Assembly: GCA_964252075.1 (NCBI GenBank)
Contig: CAXULY010000040.1
Span: 1-52,316 of the forward strand
Length of the DNA stretch: 52,316 nucleotides
Direction of reading: 5' to 3'
Source: an uncultured Deinococcaceae bacterium
GTDB taxonomy: Bacteria > Deinococcota > Deinococci > Deinococcales > Deinococcaceae
Shown piece by piece: positions 21,135 through 30,882 of the stretch. Both the position numbers and the translations under genes were made by a program. The notes beneath the pieces were generated by a model. The model was not told where the DNA came from. It did no database searches and was given only the letters and a program-made list of their open reading frames with translations. The number at the start of each line of letters is the position of its first letter. The stretch's first letter is position 1.

Positions 21135-21377
21135 TCAGGAGGATGTGCCTTCGGTGCTGGGCGCAGCGAACGCGAGGCCCTGTGAGGCGAGCGCTTGACG
21201 CAGGATACCCGCGGCTTTCGGACCGATTCCATGCCACTTGAGCAGTTCCGCCTCGCTTCGCTTCGTCAGGTCCGTCAAACGCGTGATGCCGGCGGCGTGC
21301 AGCGCACGTCGCGCAGGCGCGCCAATGGCGTGGGGCAGCGCGTCCGGTTCTTCCGCGTGGCGATTTGCTTTCGGCAT
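21135..21377 (-). CDS. small helix-hairpin-helix (RNAP alpha-CTD-like) DNA-binding protein
   Basis: IGAPARRALHAAGITRLTDL...ELLKWHGIGPKA; AGGAGG RBS. Confidence 0.85.
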   Translation of the reverse strand: MPKANRHAEEPDALPHAIGAPARRALHAAGITRLTDLTKRSEAELLKWHGIGPKAAGILRQALASQGLAFAAPSTEGTSS

Positions 21378-21799
21378 GGGTCCTCCTGGGTTTAGGATAG
21401 CCAGCTCCTGAAGGCCGGTGGGCTGACCTGCCATTCGGCTCAGCCGAAGCCGGCGCGCCGGGCACCAGGGGACGGAGCGAGCGCATTCGCATGTCCTTGC
21501 TCGGTTTTCCCGACCGGACGGCGAGACGCTGGGAAGGTCGTGGTCGATGAGGCGCATCTGGGGCGCGTGGTCCCGCGCGTTGCCTGGCTTGTGGGCCATG
21601 CGGCGAGGACGTCGTGGCTTGGATACCCTCTCTCCCATGGTCGACGTGCGCCTGATGGTCCACTGATGTGAGCACCCGGTGAGGGAGCCTGGGTGGCTCC
21701 CCTATTGAATCCGCACCTACCGGACGCGATCAACCTGAGACGCTGGAGAACGCCACACGTGGCCATCCAGCCTCGGCCGCAACTGTGGCCGGGAGCCGC

Positions 21800-23560
21800 A
21801 TGTCCATACCCCTCCGGTCCGTGTCGTCACTCGTTGGCCTCACCCTGATCCTCGCCGCCTGCAGCCAGCACGCGGCGCCCGCCAACCCCTCCGCGGGTGA
21901 GGTTGGTTTTCCGTGGGAGGCTTCCAGCAGCGCCCTCGCGTCCCTGTCCCTGACGAACGACGTGAACACCTTGCAGTACGAGACGCCCATCTCCGCGACC
22001 AACAGCTGGGGCCCCATTGAGAAGAACGCCAGCAACGGCGAGCAGGCCGCCGGGGACGGGCACCCGATCACGCTCAACGGTCGGCGCTCGTCCCAGGGTT
22101 ACGGCGTGCACGCCAGCAGTGAGCTGCGCTTTAGCCTCAAGGGGAGCGGCGGTGCTCAATGCAGGCTGTTCACCGCCGACGTGGGGGTGGATGACGAGGT
22201 GGGTGGGCTTGGCAGCGTGACCTTCCAGGTTTTTGCGGATGGGGTGAAGCTGTTCGACTCAGGGCGGATGACGGGGAGCAGCGCGACGAAGCAGGTGAAT
22301 GTGGGGGTGGCGGGCCGTCAGGAACTGCGCCTGGTCGTGACGGACGCTGGGGACGGCATCAGCAACGACCACGCGGACTGGGCGGACCCGAAAGTCACCT
22401 GCACCCCAGCCCGCCCCACGTCCGGCAGCCTCGACCCCAGCTTCCACCGCACCCCCCTCACCGGATTCCACTCGTCGGCCGTGGTCCTCCCGGATGGGAA
22501 GGTGGTGCGGCGCGGCGAATCCACCCTCGAACGCCTCAATCCGGACGGCAGCGTGGACCCGACTTTCGGGCAGAATGGCAGCGTCTCCATTCCCGCTGAA
22601 TCCTTCTTCTTCGACAGGGTGGTGCGACAACCGGACGGCAAACTGTTGGTGCACTTCGCCAGCACCACCCTGAACAGCCTGCGCCGCTACCTTCCGGACG
22701 GGCAGCCTGACGCGTCCTTCGGGCAGGGCGGCGCGATCAATCCTGGCTTTGGCGTTCGGTTCGTGGCCGTGCAGCCGGACGGCAGGATCCTGATTGGTGG
22801 CGACACGGACCAGATCAGCAGCCGGTGGTTCGTGCAGCGCCTCCACAGCAACGGCGCGGTGGACGTGACGTTCGGCGTCAACGGGACGGCCACCACCACC
22901 ATCGGCGGCGCCGCACCAGGGGTCAGCCTTCAGCTTGCGGCGGTGGGACCGGACGGCAAGATCACCGTGGTGGGCAGCGCGCTCTTTCAGCAAGCGGGCG
23001 GTGGGGCCAACCCGTATCAGCAATTCCAGCTGGCCCTGGCGCGGTACAACCCCGACGGCACGCCGGACACCACCTTCAGTGGAGACGGGCAACGGGTGGA
23101 CGCCATAGTGACAACCTCGCAGGACTACGACAATGCCGCTGAGGGCCTGACGGTGCAGCCGGACGGGAAGGTCCTGGTCGGAGGCGTCGCCCGCGGGGAA
23201 AGCACCGTGGCCTCTGAGCGTTTCGATGGCGCCTTCATCGCGCGGTATGGGGTGGACGGCGCGCGGGATACCCACTTTGGCACGAACGGGGCCGTGCTGT
23301 TCTCGAATCAAGCCGCCTCCCCCGCATCGGTGATCAGCGGCGTGGCGGTGCAGGGGGACGGGAAGGTGCTGGTGTCTGGGTTCTGGAGTTCGGGGAACAA
23401 TCCCTACACGTCGTTCGTGAAGCGCCTGAACGCGAACGGCACGGTGGATCCGTCCTTCAACACGGCGGCGGCCAGTGCGTCCGACGGGTCCGCGATCAAC
23501 GTGCTGCCCGATGGACGTCTGCTGTTCGGGACCACCCAGCTCGTTCGCGTCTGGCCTTGA
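21800..23560 (+). CDS. lipoprotein with NPCBM/NEW2 domain and delta-60 (DUF5122) beta-propeller repeats
   Basis: Lipobox LAAC; NSWGPIEKNASNGE..GDG, GVDDEV, DHADWAD; repeated (Q/L)PDGK and R.nxDGs.DxtF motifs. Confidence 0.92.
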   Translation: MSIPLRSVSSLVGLTLILAACSQHAAPANPSAGEVGFPWEASSSALASLSLTNDVNTLQYETPISATNSWGPIEKNASNGEQAAGDGHPITLNGRRSSQGYGVHASSELRFSLKGSGGAQCRLFTADVGVDDEVGGLGSVTFQVFADGVKLFDSGRMTGSSATKQVNVGVAGRQELRLVVTDAGDGISNDHADWADPKVTCTPARPTSGSLDPSFHRTPLTGFHSSAVVLPDGKVVRRGESTLERLNPDGSVDPTFGQNGSVSIPAESFFFDRVVRQPDGKLLVHFASTTLNSLRRYLPDGQPDASFGQGGAINPGFGVRFVAVQPDGRILIGGDTDQISSRWFVQRLHSNGAVDVTFGVNGTATTTIGGAAPGVSLQLAAVGPDGKITVVGSALFQQAGGGANPYQQFQLALARYNPDGTPDTTFSGDGQRVDAIVTTSQDYDNAAEGLTVQPDGKVLVGGVARGESTVASERFDGAFIARYGVDGARDTHFGTNGAVLFSNQAASPASVISGVAVQGDGKVLVSGFWSSGNNPYTSFVKRLNANGTVDPSFNTAAASASDGSAINVLPDGRLLFGTTQLVRVWP

Positions 23561-23837
23561 GGCCGGTGTGAGGTGGGCCGGGCAACCGTGTGCCCGGCCT
23601 GCGTGCTGTCATGCAGGTCACCGTCCTCACCCTGGGGATCGCGCGTTGATCACCGCGCTTCAGCGCCACCAGGGAAGAAAACGGGGTCCCTCCATGTCGC
23701 GTGCAGCGATGGGGTGATGGGCAGGGCCGCAGGGGTGGTGCGTGCCGGCCTGGCGGGTTGAGCCCAGGGCATTGCCCCAGCGTCTGGGCGTGGCGTCCAC
23801 CAGCGCGGTGGCCGTGCAGCGGAGCGCCCCGAGGGGG

Positions 23838-25214
23838 TCAGCGGTCCGGCAGGGTGCGGTCGTTGAACATCGCCCTGGCGATGCGGCGTTTCAGGGGCGG
23901 GGTGGCGTTCACCAACCGCAGTCCGGTTCGCATGGCGCCCAGCATCAGGCGGCCCACCACTGGCCGGTTCATTGGGCTGGCGCCGTTCATCTGCTCACGC
24001 GACTGACGCACCGCCTGGAACCCGTACCGCCGCATTTCGGCCTCGTATTCCGCGACGGCCTGCCGCAGGGGCAGTGCCTGATCCCGTACTGAAGTCAGCA
24101 TGCGGCACAGCAGCGCGGCGTCGCGCAGCGCGGTGTTGGCGCCCACGCCCCGCCCGGGCGTCATGGTGTGAATGGCGTCCCCGAGCAGCGTCACGGGACT
24201 GGCAGGCCAGGGCGCCAGCGGCACGGAGGTGCGGACGTTGATGGGAAACACGGTGGTGGGGTCAGTCAGTTCCAGCAGGCGGCGCAGGTGCGGGTGCCAG
24301 CCGCGCGTCATGTCGAGCGCGAGGCGCACGAGGTCCTCGCCGTGCAGCGTCAGGGGGTCGCGCGGGAAGTGCCGACGGGCGGCCCAGAAGCCCCAGCCGA
24401 TGTAATCGCGGGTGTTGTCGAAGCGCAGGCCCGGCCAGCGGGCAAGCAGTTCCGCGTCGTTGCCGCCCACGCCCGGCTTGACGCGCTCGTGGTCGAACTT
24501 GAATTCGAGCACGTGAATGACGAGACCGTACCCCCTGGGGGCCCAGACCATGGACATGCCCTCGAAGACCTTGGGGGGAAGGAGTGCCCTGGTATCGGGG
24601 GTGAGGGGCAGCTTGCCGCCCAGCGAAAGCATGCCGGAGTCCTCCAACTGCGCGTGGGGCAGGTACTGTCGGCGCACGCGCGAATTGCTGCCGTCGGCGG
24701 CCACGAGGAGGTCACCGGTGGCGTTCGTGCCGTCCTCGAAGAAGGCCGTGACGCGCCCGTCGGGGTGCTGTTCGTAGTGGGTGAAGGTCTTCCCGAAGTG
24801 CACCTCGTCCTCAAGTCCGGTCAGCAGCACCTGGCGGAGCGTCATGCGGCTGACGTTCTTCTCGCTGTTCACGGGGTCGTCGTGCCCCAGTGGGAGGTCG
24901 CGGCCGTCGAAGGACGCGACTTCGCGGTAGTGCTCGGTGAGCAGGTTGAAGTACCGCGGGGCGCGGGCGCAGGTGGCGACGAAGGTGGCGTACAGGTCGG
25001 GCGGCAGGCATTCGGCGAGGGCGTGGCTGCCAGCGGGGCTGATGCCGACCCGGTAGCCTTCGGGGCCGCTGGCGCGGGTGCGGTCACGCTCGAAGACCGC
25101 CACGTCGATGCCGGCGCGTTTCAGGCCGTGGGCCAGGGTGGCCCCACCGGTGCCGGCGCCGATGATCAGCACCTTCAGGGGGAGGTGGTTCGGGCGGTGC
25201 GCGGTGTCGCTCAT
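23838..25214 (-). CDS. FAD-dependent monooxygenase
   Basis: IIGAGTGG, ADGSNSRVR, TLLGDAIHTMTPGRGVGANTALRDA; AAGGAG RBS. Confidence 0.95.
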   Translation of the reverse strand: MSDTAHRPNHLPLKVLIIGAGTGGATLAHGLKRAGIDVAVFERDRTRASGPEGYRVGISPAGSHALAECLPPDLYATFVATCARAPRYFNLLTEHYREVASFDGRDLPLGHDDPVNSEKNVSRMTLRQVLLTGLEDEVHFGKTFTHYEQHPDGRVTAFFEDGTNATGDLLVAADGSNSRVRRQYLPHAQLEDSGMLSLGGKLPLTPDTRALLPPKVFEGMSMVWAPRGYGLVIHVLEFKFDHERVKPGVGGNDAELLARWPGLRFDNTRDYIGWGFWAARRHFPRDPLTLHGEDLVRLALDMTRGWHPHLRRLLELTDPTTVFPINVRTSVPLAPWPASPVTLLGDAIHTMTPGRGVGANTALRDAALLCRMLTSVRDQALPLRQAVAEYEAEMRRYGFQAVRQSREQMNGASPMNRPVVGRLMLGAMRTGLRLVNATPPLKRRIARAMFNDRTLPDR

Positions 25215-25291
25215 GGTGCTCCTTGAGGGCCGGAGTGTGGCGGGGCGGGCTTGCTACACTGCTGCACAGGTTCGTTTCTCGAAAAGCTTTT

Positions 25292-25324
25292 ATCTCGCTT
25301 TTCAAGATTCTTGGATCTTAAGAG
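25292..25324. promoter_or_regulatory. tandem dyad boxes, candidate MarR operator
   Basis: ATCTCG-N5-CAAGAT followed by TCTTG-N5-TAAGA in the divergent intergenic region. Confidence 0.55.
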
Positions 25325-25336
25325 GAGGAAGGTTCG

Positions 25337-25864
25337 GTGTCAAGTTCCCGCCCCCCGTCCGCCGCACAACAGCGCCAGCAGCTCATCCACACCCTGGTCC
25401 ACCAGCTCTCGCGCGAGGTGAGCACCGCCACGGTGCTCTTCCACGCCGCCCTCGCCGAACGCATGGGCCTCAGCCAGGGTGACCACAAAGCACTCGACCT
25501 GATCTACGCCGCCGAACAGTCCGGTCAACTCATGACCGCCGGGCAACTCGCGGACGCCACCTCCCTCTCCACCGGCTCCATCACCTCCCTCGTGGACCGC
25601 CTCGCGAAAGCACAACTGGTGCGGCGCGTACCCGACCCGCACGACCGGCGCAAAGTCGTGCTGCAACCCACGCACGCACGCGAGGAGGAAGGCCAGGCCC
25701 TCTTCGCGCCCATCGTGGCGGCCACCAGTGAACTGGCCGCGCGCTACACCACCAACGAACTCCAGGTCATCACGGACTACCTCCAGCGCAGTGTCGAACT
25801 CACCGAGCGCGAAACGCGCCGCCTGCGCGGAATCTCCAAAGACACGCCACCCGCCCAAACATGA
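25337..25864 (+). CDS. MarR family transcriptional regulator
   Basis: TAGQLADATSLSTGSITSLVDRL..LVRRVPDPHDRRKV; GAGGAGG RBS. Confidence 0.93.
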   Translation: MSSSRPPSAAQQRQQLIHTLVHQLSREVSTATVLFHAALAERMGLSQGDHKALDLIYAAEQSGQLMTAGQLADATSLSTGSITSLVDRLAKAQLVRRVPDPHDRRKVVLQPTHAREEEGQALFAPIVAATSELAARYTTNELQVITDYLQRSVELTERETRRLRGISKDTPPAQT

Positions 25865-26499
25865 GGGGCGATCAACGACACCTCCAGCCCCGTTCAGTCC
25901 CCAGGCACACGCCATGGACGGACCACCGCGCCCACCGAAGGGGATTCCCAGCCGCGCAACAGTCCGTCCGCACGGAGGTCACGAAGCGGCACATGACGTT
26001 CGGGCAGGGAAGCGCCCGGTGTGGCCAGGATGGCGCCCTGCATCGCGTGACCGCCGGGTGCGTTCACGATTAGGGGCCACGCGTCAGAAAAACGGACGGG
26101 GGATTCGGGAACACCACCAGCACTTCCTTCTCCACCTGCCATATCGCCGGTATTTCCCGGCGCATTACCGCCCAGCCCTCACTTAGACGCGTGCCGCCCG
26201 GGCTCATGCTTGCTGTCCTTGCCAACTGCATGACGTGCATCCAGATGAAGGGCACCGATTTCTTGCACTCCCAAATGGAAACAAGGCGTCGTCCCCTTTC
26301 ACTTCGCACGTCCCAGGGTTCTCGCTTCCATCAGGTACCAAGACGAGCAACACACGGATCGCCCTCGCGGAAGGAGCGCTCGACGCCGTCAACGTGAACA
26401 CAGTGACCTCGGTGACCCCGACGTTCGGGACCGCCCCCATCCTCATTCGATGAAGCTGATGATTGAAGAGAATAGAGCTGTCTTGACGTGTCCATGCTC

Positions 26500-26700
26500 G
26501 TTCGGATAAGCGACGCAGCAACAAGCGAATCATCACGTGGTCCACGAGGAGTTCCGGCATATCCAGTGGTGCCAAATCAGTCGCGGTAAGTTGCGTCGCC
26601 TGATTTCTCACGTTGAAGCCCAACGTTCGCTGGCAACGTCTCGCTGACCGCCACAGCGAGCGACAACGGCGTCGACCCAAACCTGGGGAACGGTCAAACG
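26500..26700 (-). mobile_element. possible degraded IS5-family transposase C-terminus
   Basis: PELLVDHVMIRLLLRRL resembles IS5 transposase termini (xVMIRLMxRRL); lower-GC, gene-poor context. Confidence 0.25.
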
Positions 26701-27242
26701 TGCGCGGCCACCCACGGGGACGAAATCCTGGCGCCTCAATCCTCCACGTTGATTCTCTGCGCTCGACCCTTGCCTGGAGCAGGAGCAGGCGGTCGGGAAG
26801 ACGGGGCAACACTGCTTCGTGGCTGAGCAGAAGCCGGAGGCACTGCTGCCCGAGGTGCCGCGCATCATGATGCAGCAGGAATTTGGAGGAGCCGTGCTGT
26901 CAGGACGGCTGCGGCTGCCCCAGCGACCTTGGCCGCTGCGCCATTCGCGGCGGAGGCGTGGGTGGTTGGCCCGTCACGGCTCGCGCAACTTTGTGCCGTG
27001 AGGTGGCCTGAATGCACCATTGGGCTCCGCATCCGAACACCTCCCGCAGGTATTGCCCCCACCAAACCTGATTCCATCTGGAACCGCAGGGCGTGTCTGT
27101 CTATATGGAGCGTTCGATCTGGTGCGCAGATTTATATCATCAGCAGGGAGCGACACATGAACCGCACCGGCTCAACGCCACACCCCGCCCTCGCTGTGCA
27201 TCACGGTCCACCCCGAACTTCCGGGCCGCTGTCCCGCGTGGG

Positions 27243-30200
27243 GTGATCGTGGACGTTCAACTGCTGGGGGTCCCGAGAATCACGCTGGAGCACCAGGAGG
27301 TGCGACTGCCGTCCCGCAAGGCGCTGGGGCTCCTGGCGTACCTGGCGTTCGAGGGCGTCACGCCCCGTGAACAGCTGGCGGCGCTGCTGTGGTCCGACCT
27401 GGAGACCAGGCGGGCGCGGCACAACCTGCGCCAGGAGCTGTACCTCATCGGCCGCACCCCGCTCGGCCGAGTGCTGGACGTGGGCGCGGCGCACGTGACG
27501 CTGCGCGGGCCAGTGGACGTCGACGCCCTGACCGTGGCGGGGCTCGCGGCGGCCGGTCACGTGGATGACGCACTCGCGCTGATGCGGGGCCCGCTGCTGG
27601 ATGGGTACATCCTGGACGACGCCGAGCTGTTCGGTGAGTGGCTCACGGTGAAGCGAGAGCGCTTCGATGCGCTGCGCCGGGAGCTGATGGTGCGGCAGGC
27701 CGGCCTGCTGGAACACCAGGGTGACGCGCGCGGCGCCCTGCGCGTGTACCTGGACCTGCTGGCGGAGGACCCGTTGCAGGAAACGCATGAGCGCGCGGCG
27801 ATTCGGCTGCACACGCTGCTGGGTGAGCGCGAACGGGCCCTGCAGCGCTTCGAGCACTTCCGGGCGCTGCTGGTGCGGGACCTGGGGCTGGAGCCGCTGC
27901 CCGAAACGGTCCTGGAGGTGGAACGGGCGCGCGTGGACGTGCCCTCCCCTCCCGCAGCTGCGCCGTTGCCGGTGGGTCCGCCGCTGACCGCGCCCTTCAT
28001 CGGGCGTGGGGAGGCGTGGCGGTCCCTGGAGCGCAGCGAGGCGGCCCTGACGCTCCTGACGGGGGAGCCGGGTGCGGGCAAGACGCGTCTGGCGCTGGCG
28101 TTCGCCGCGACCTTCGGGCCACCGGTGGTCCTGCGGGGTCACGAGGTGTCCGAGGGGACGCCACTGTCCCCCGTGGCGGAAGCGATTCGCGCGGCCCTGT
28201 ACGAGCCCCCCCGGCGGGCGAGGCTGGAGGCGCTGGCCCCGGCCCTGCGCGCGGAGATCTCCCGGTTGGTGCCTGACGTGCCCGCGCCGCCCGCCCACGT
28301 CCCGGAGGGGCGGGCGCGGTTCGTCGAAGCGCTCGTGCGGGCGCTGCTGGCCATCACCGGTCCGGGCGGCGCGCTCGTGTGGGATGACGTGCAGTGGATG
28401 GACGCATCCTCCCTGGAGGTCCTCACGCACCTCGTCCGGAGGACCGCCCAGCTGGACGCGCCCCCACGCGTCCTCGCCACCGCCCGCCGGGACGAGGCGG
28501 CGCTGCGGGACGACCTGCAGTCGGTCCTCCAGGCGTTGCGGCGCGACCAGCTCGTCGAGCCGCTCTCGCTGGAGGGACTGCGGCTGGAGGAAGTGGACCG
28601 GCTCGTCCAGACCCTCTCCAACTCGACCGCCCCGTCCCTGCTCTCCGAGCGGCTGTACACCGCCACGGGCGGCAACCCCCTGTTCGTCCTGGAGACCCTG
28701 CGGTCCCTGTTCGACACCGGACGCCTCACGGCGGACGGGGGCGCCTGGACGTCACCCATCAGCGACGACCACTTGGGGAACGCGGAGTTCCCGGTGCCCC
28801 CTGAAGTGCGCGATGTGCTCGCCGCGCGGGTGCGGCGCCTCAGCGCGGCGGCGCAGCGCCTCCTGGAAGCCGCGAGCGTGTGCGGCGACGTGTTTGACCT
28901 GCATGACCTCGCGGCGTGCGTCGCCCTGACCGAATGGGAGGCGCTGGAGCCGCTCGAGAGCCTGCTGGCGGCGCAATTGCTCACCGAGCACGGCGAGCAC
29001 TTCCGCTTCTCGCACGACCTGATCCGGCGCACCGTGCATGATGGGCTCAGCGGCCAGCGGCGTCGCCTGCTGCACCACCGTGTGGCGCAGCAACTGGAGG
29101 GGCGCGGCGCGGACCCCGCGCGCATCGCGGATCACTTCGAGGACGCCGGCGACACCCGCTCGGCCCGGGCGTGGCGCGTCCGGGCGGCGCAGGAGGCGAC
29201 GCGCGTGTACGCGTACCACGAAGCGCTGCGGCAGTACGCGCGGGCGCTCGACCTGAACCCGGAACCGGAACTGGCCTACGCGTGGTCCCTCGCGCGGGTG
29301 GACGTCATGCGGATTCTGGACGACCGCGCGGGCAGCCACGCGGAACTCGAGCGCCTCTCCCGGCTCGCCGCGCAGATCGGCGACCCGGCAAAGCGCGCCG
29401 AGGTGGCCATCCGCTGGTCCCTCGTGCACGATCAGGCGGGGGAGTACGTGCTGGCGATGCAGCAGGCGGCGCTCGCCGCCGCGGAACCGCACCTGGGGCC
29501 GGAGCTGCGCGCGCAGGCCCTTCACGCCGTGGGCACCGCCTGGGTGCGGCAGCTGGATTACGCGACCGCCGAACCGCTCTTCCTGGAGGGTCTGGCCCAG
29601 GACCCCCTCCCACCGGCCCTCCGGGCGCGCCTCCTGGACTCCCTCGCGCACTGCGCCCTGCAACGCAACGATGACCGGCAGGCGGCCGCGTACAACGCAC
29701 AGGCGCGGGCGAACTGGCTTAGCGCCGCGGACCGGCGGGGCCTGGCGGTGTCGCACAACACCGCCGCGCGGCTCGCCATGCTGGGCGGGGACCTGCCGGG
29801 CGCCGTTGACCACATGCAGCGGGCGATGCAGGAGGCGCGCCTGGTGGGGGACTTCAACCTCACCAAGTCGTTCATCGCGAACCTCGTGCAGGTGCTGTGT
29901 GCCGACGGGCAGCTGGACGCCGCGGTGGACGCCGTGTCCGAAGGCCTGGACCTCGTGCACGAGAGCGGGGACCGCAGCGGTGAGGGGCGGCTGCAGCACC
30001 GCCTGGGGGACGTGCAGCTGCTGCGCGGGCGCCTTGGGGCTGCGCTCGCGGCGTACCGGCAGGCGCACCTCATCGCGGTCGAGCTGGAGCAGCACAACCA
30101 CCAGGTGCACACGGTGATGGATCAGGTCAGCACCCTGCTGCTCATCGGTCACACCGGGACCGTCCCGGCGCTGCTGGGTGAGCTGGAGCGGCTCGTCGCG

Positions 30201-30737
30201 TCCACGAGCGCGAACCTCAGTGGCGCGGACCTGGACCTGCAGCGGGCGCGGTACGCGTGGCTGACGGGCGACCCCGCTGGGGCGGAGCAGCGCCTGAATG
30301 CCCTGTGGGACGCGCGGGACGCGCTCGGCGCACGCCTGCGTGAGCGGCTGGCGGTGCTGCTCGCCCGCGTGCGGTGCGCGCGGGGTGACCAGGTCAGCCC
30401 GCTCGCCCTGACTGCTGGTGTGGCGTCCACCCCGGCCCTCCGGGCCACGGCGCTGATGCTGGCGTGCCGCTGTGGCCCGGAGCCCTCCGCGGTGGAGGAA
30501 GCGGAAGGCCTGGTGGCCTCCGGCCGCATTGATCCCGTCACGGCCCTGGAACTGCGGCAGGCGCTGGCCCATCACCTGCGCTCCGCGCACCCCGAACGGG
30601 CCGAGCAGCACGCGCGGGCGGCGCGGGCGCTGCTGGACCAGCTGTGCGCGACGCTGCCAGTGGAACTGCAGGGCGAGTTCCTCCAGTGGTACGCCCCTCC
30701 GGAAGCGAGTGACGTCAGCGCAATCCGAAGCGGATGA
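27243..30737 (+). CDS. SARP/AfsR-like activator: wHTH-BTAD-AAA (STAND) ATPase-TPR
   Basis: VQLLG, RKALGLLAYLA, REQLAALLW, ARHNLRQ, F.EWL..R, DPLQE, LG.EP.PET; Walker A GEPGAGKT; Walker B VWDDVQW; TGGNPLF, FSHDL; helical repeats; start GTG 27243 or 27249. Confidence 0.93.
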   Translation: MIVDVQLLGVPRITLEHQEVRLPSRKALGLLAYLAFEGVTPREQLAALLWSDLETRRARHNLRQELYLIGRTPLGRVLDVGAAHVTLRGPVDVDALTVAGLAAAGHVDDALALMRGPLLDGYILDDAELFGEWLTVKRERFDALRRELMVRQAGLLEHQGDARGALRVYLDLLAEDPLQETHERAAIRLHTLLGERERALQRFEHFRALLVRDLGLEPLPETVLEVERARVDVPSPPAAAPLPVGPPLTAPFIGRGEAWRSLERSEAALTLLTGEPGAGKTRLALAFAATFGPPVVLRGHEVSEGTPLSPVAEAIRAALYEPPRRARLEALAPALRAEISRLVPDVPAPPAHVPEGRARFVEALVRALLAITGPGGALVWDDVQWMDASSLEVLTHLVRRTAQLDAPPRVLATARRDEAALRDDLQSVLQALRRDQLVEPLSLEGLRLEEVDRLVQTLSNSTAPSLLSERLYTATGGNPLFVLETLRSLFDTGRLTADGGAWTSPISDDHLGNAEFPVPPEVRDVLAARVRRLSAAAQRLLEAASVCGDVFDLHDLAACVALTEWEALEPLESLLAAQLLTEHGEHFRFSHDLIRRTVHDGLSGQRRRLLHHRVAQQLEGRGADPARIADHFEDAGDTRSARAWRVRAAQEATRVYAYHEALRQYARALDLNPEPELAYAWSLARVDVMRILDDRAGSHAELERLSRLAAQIGDPAKRAEVAIRWSLVHDQAGEYVLAMQQAALAAAEPHLGPELRAQALHAVGTAWVRQLDYATAEPLFLEGLAQDPLPPALRARLLDSLAHCALQRNDDRQAAAYNAQARANWLSAADRRGLAVSHNTAARLAMLGGDLPGAVDHMQRAMQEARLVGDFNLTKSFIANLVQVLCADGQLDAAVDAVSEGLDLVHESGDRSGEGRLQHRLGDVQLLRGRLGAALAAYRQAHLIAVELEQHNHQVHTVMDQVSTLLLIGHTGTVPALLGELERLVASTSANLSGADLDLQRARYAWLTGDPAGAEQRLNALWDARDALGARLRERLAVLLARVRCARGDQVSPLALTAGVASTPALRATALMLACRCGPEPSAVEEAEGLVASGRIDPVTALELRQALAHHLRSAHPERAEQHARAARALLDQLCATLPVELQGEFLQWYAPPEASDVSAIRSG

Positions 30738-30793
30738 GCGCGCCATCGCCCATTCCTCCAGCGCGCCTGCATTCCGGTACGGAAGCGAAGCGG

Positions 30794-30826
30794 GAGCGGG
30801 GCGGCCCTGCGTTGGCCGCCCCGCTC
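30794..30826. terminator. GC-rich hairpin between convergent genes
   Basis: GAGCGGGGCGGCC-7nt-GGCCGCCCCGCTC, a 13-bp perfect stem. Confidence 0.7.
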
Positions 30827-30882
30827 TCCCTGTTCCCGCGCACCCCGTTGGGCATCACGGACGGTTCATCAGCTCGCGTTCG

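Noticed and set aside
22420..23540. Repeated CCGGACGG(C/G)AA nucleotide motifs
   Set aside because: These encode the delta-60 protein repeats; not a CRISPR or DNA repeat array
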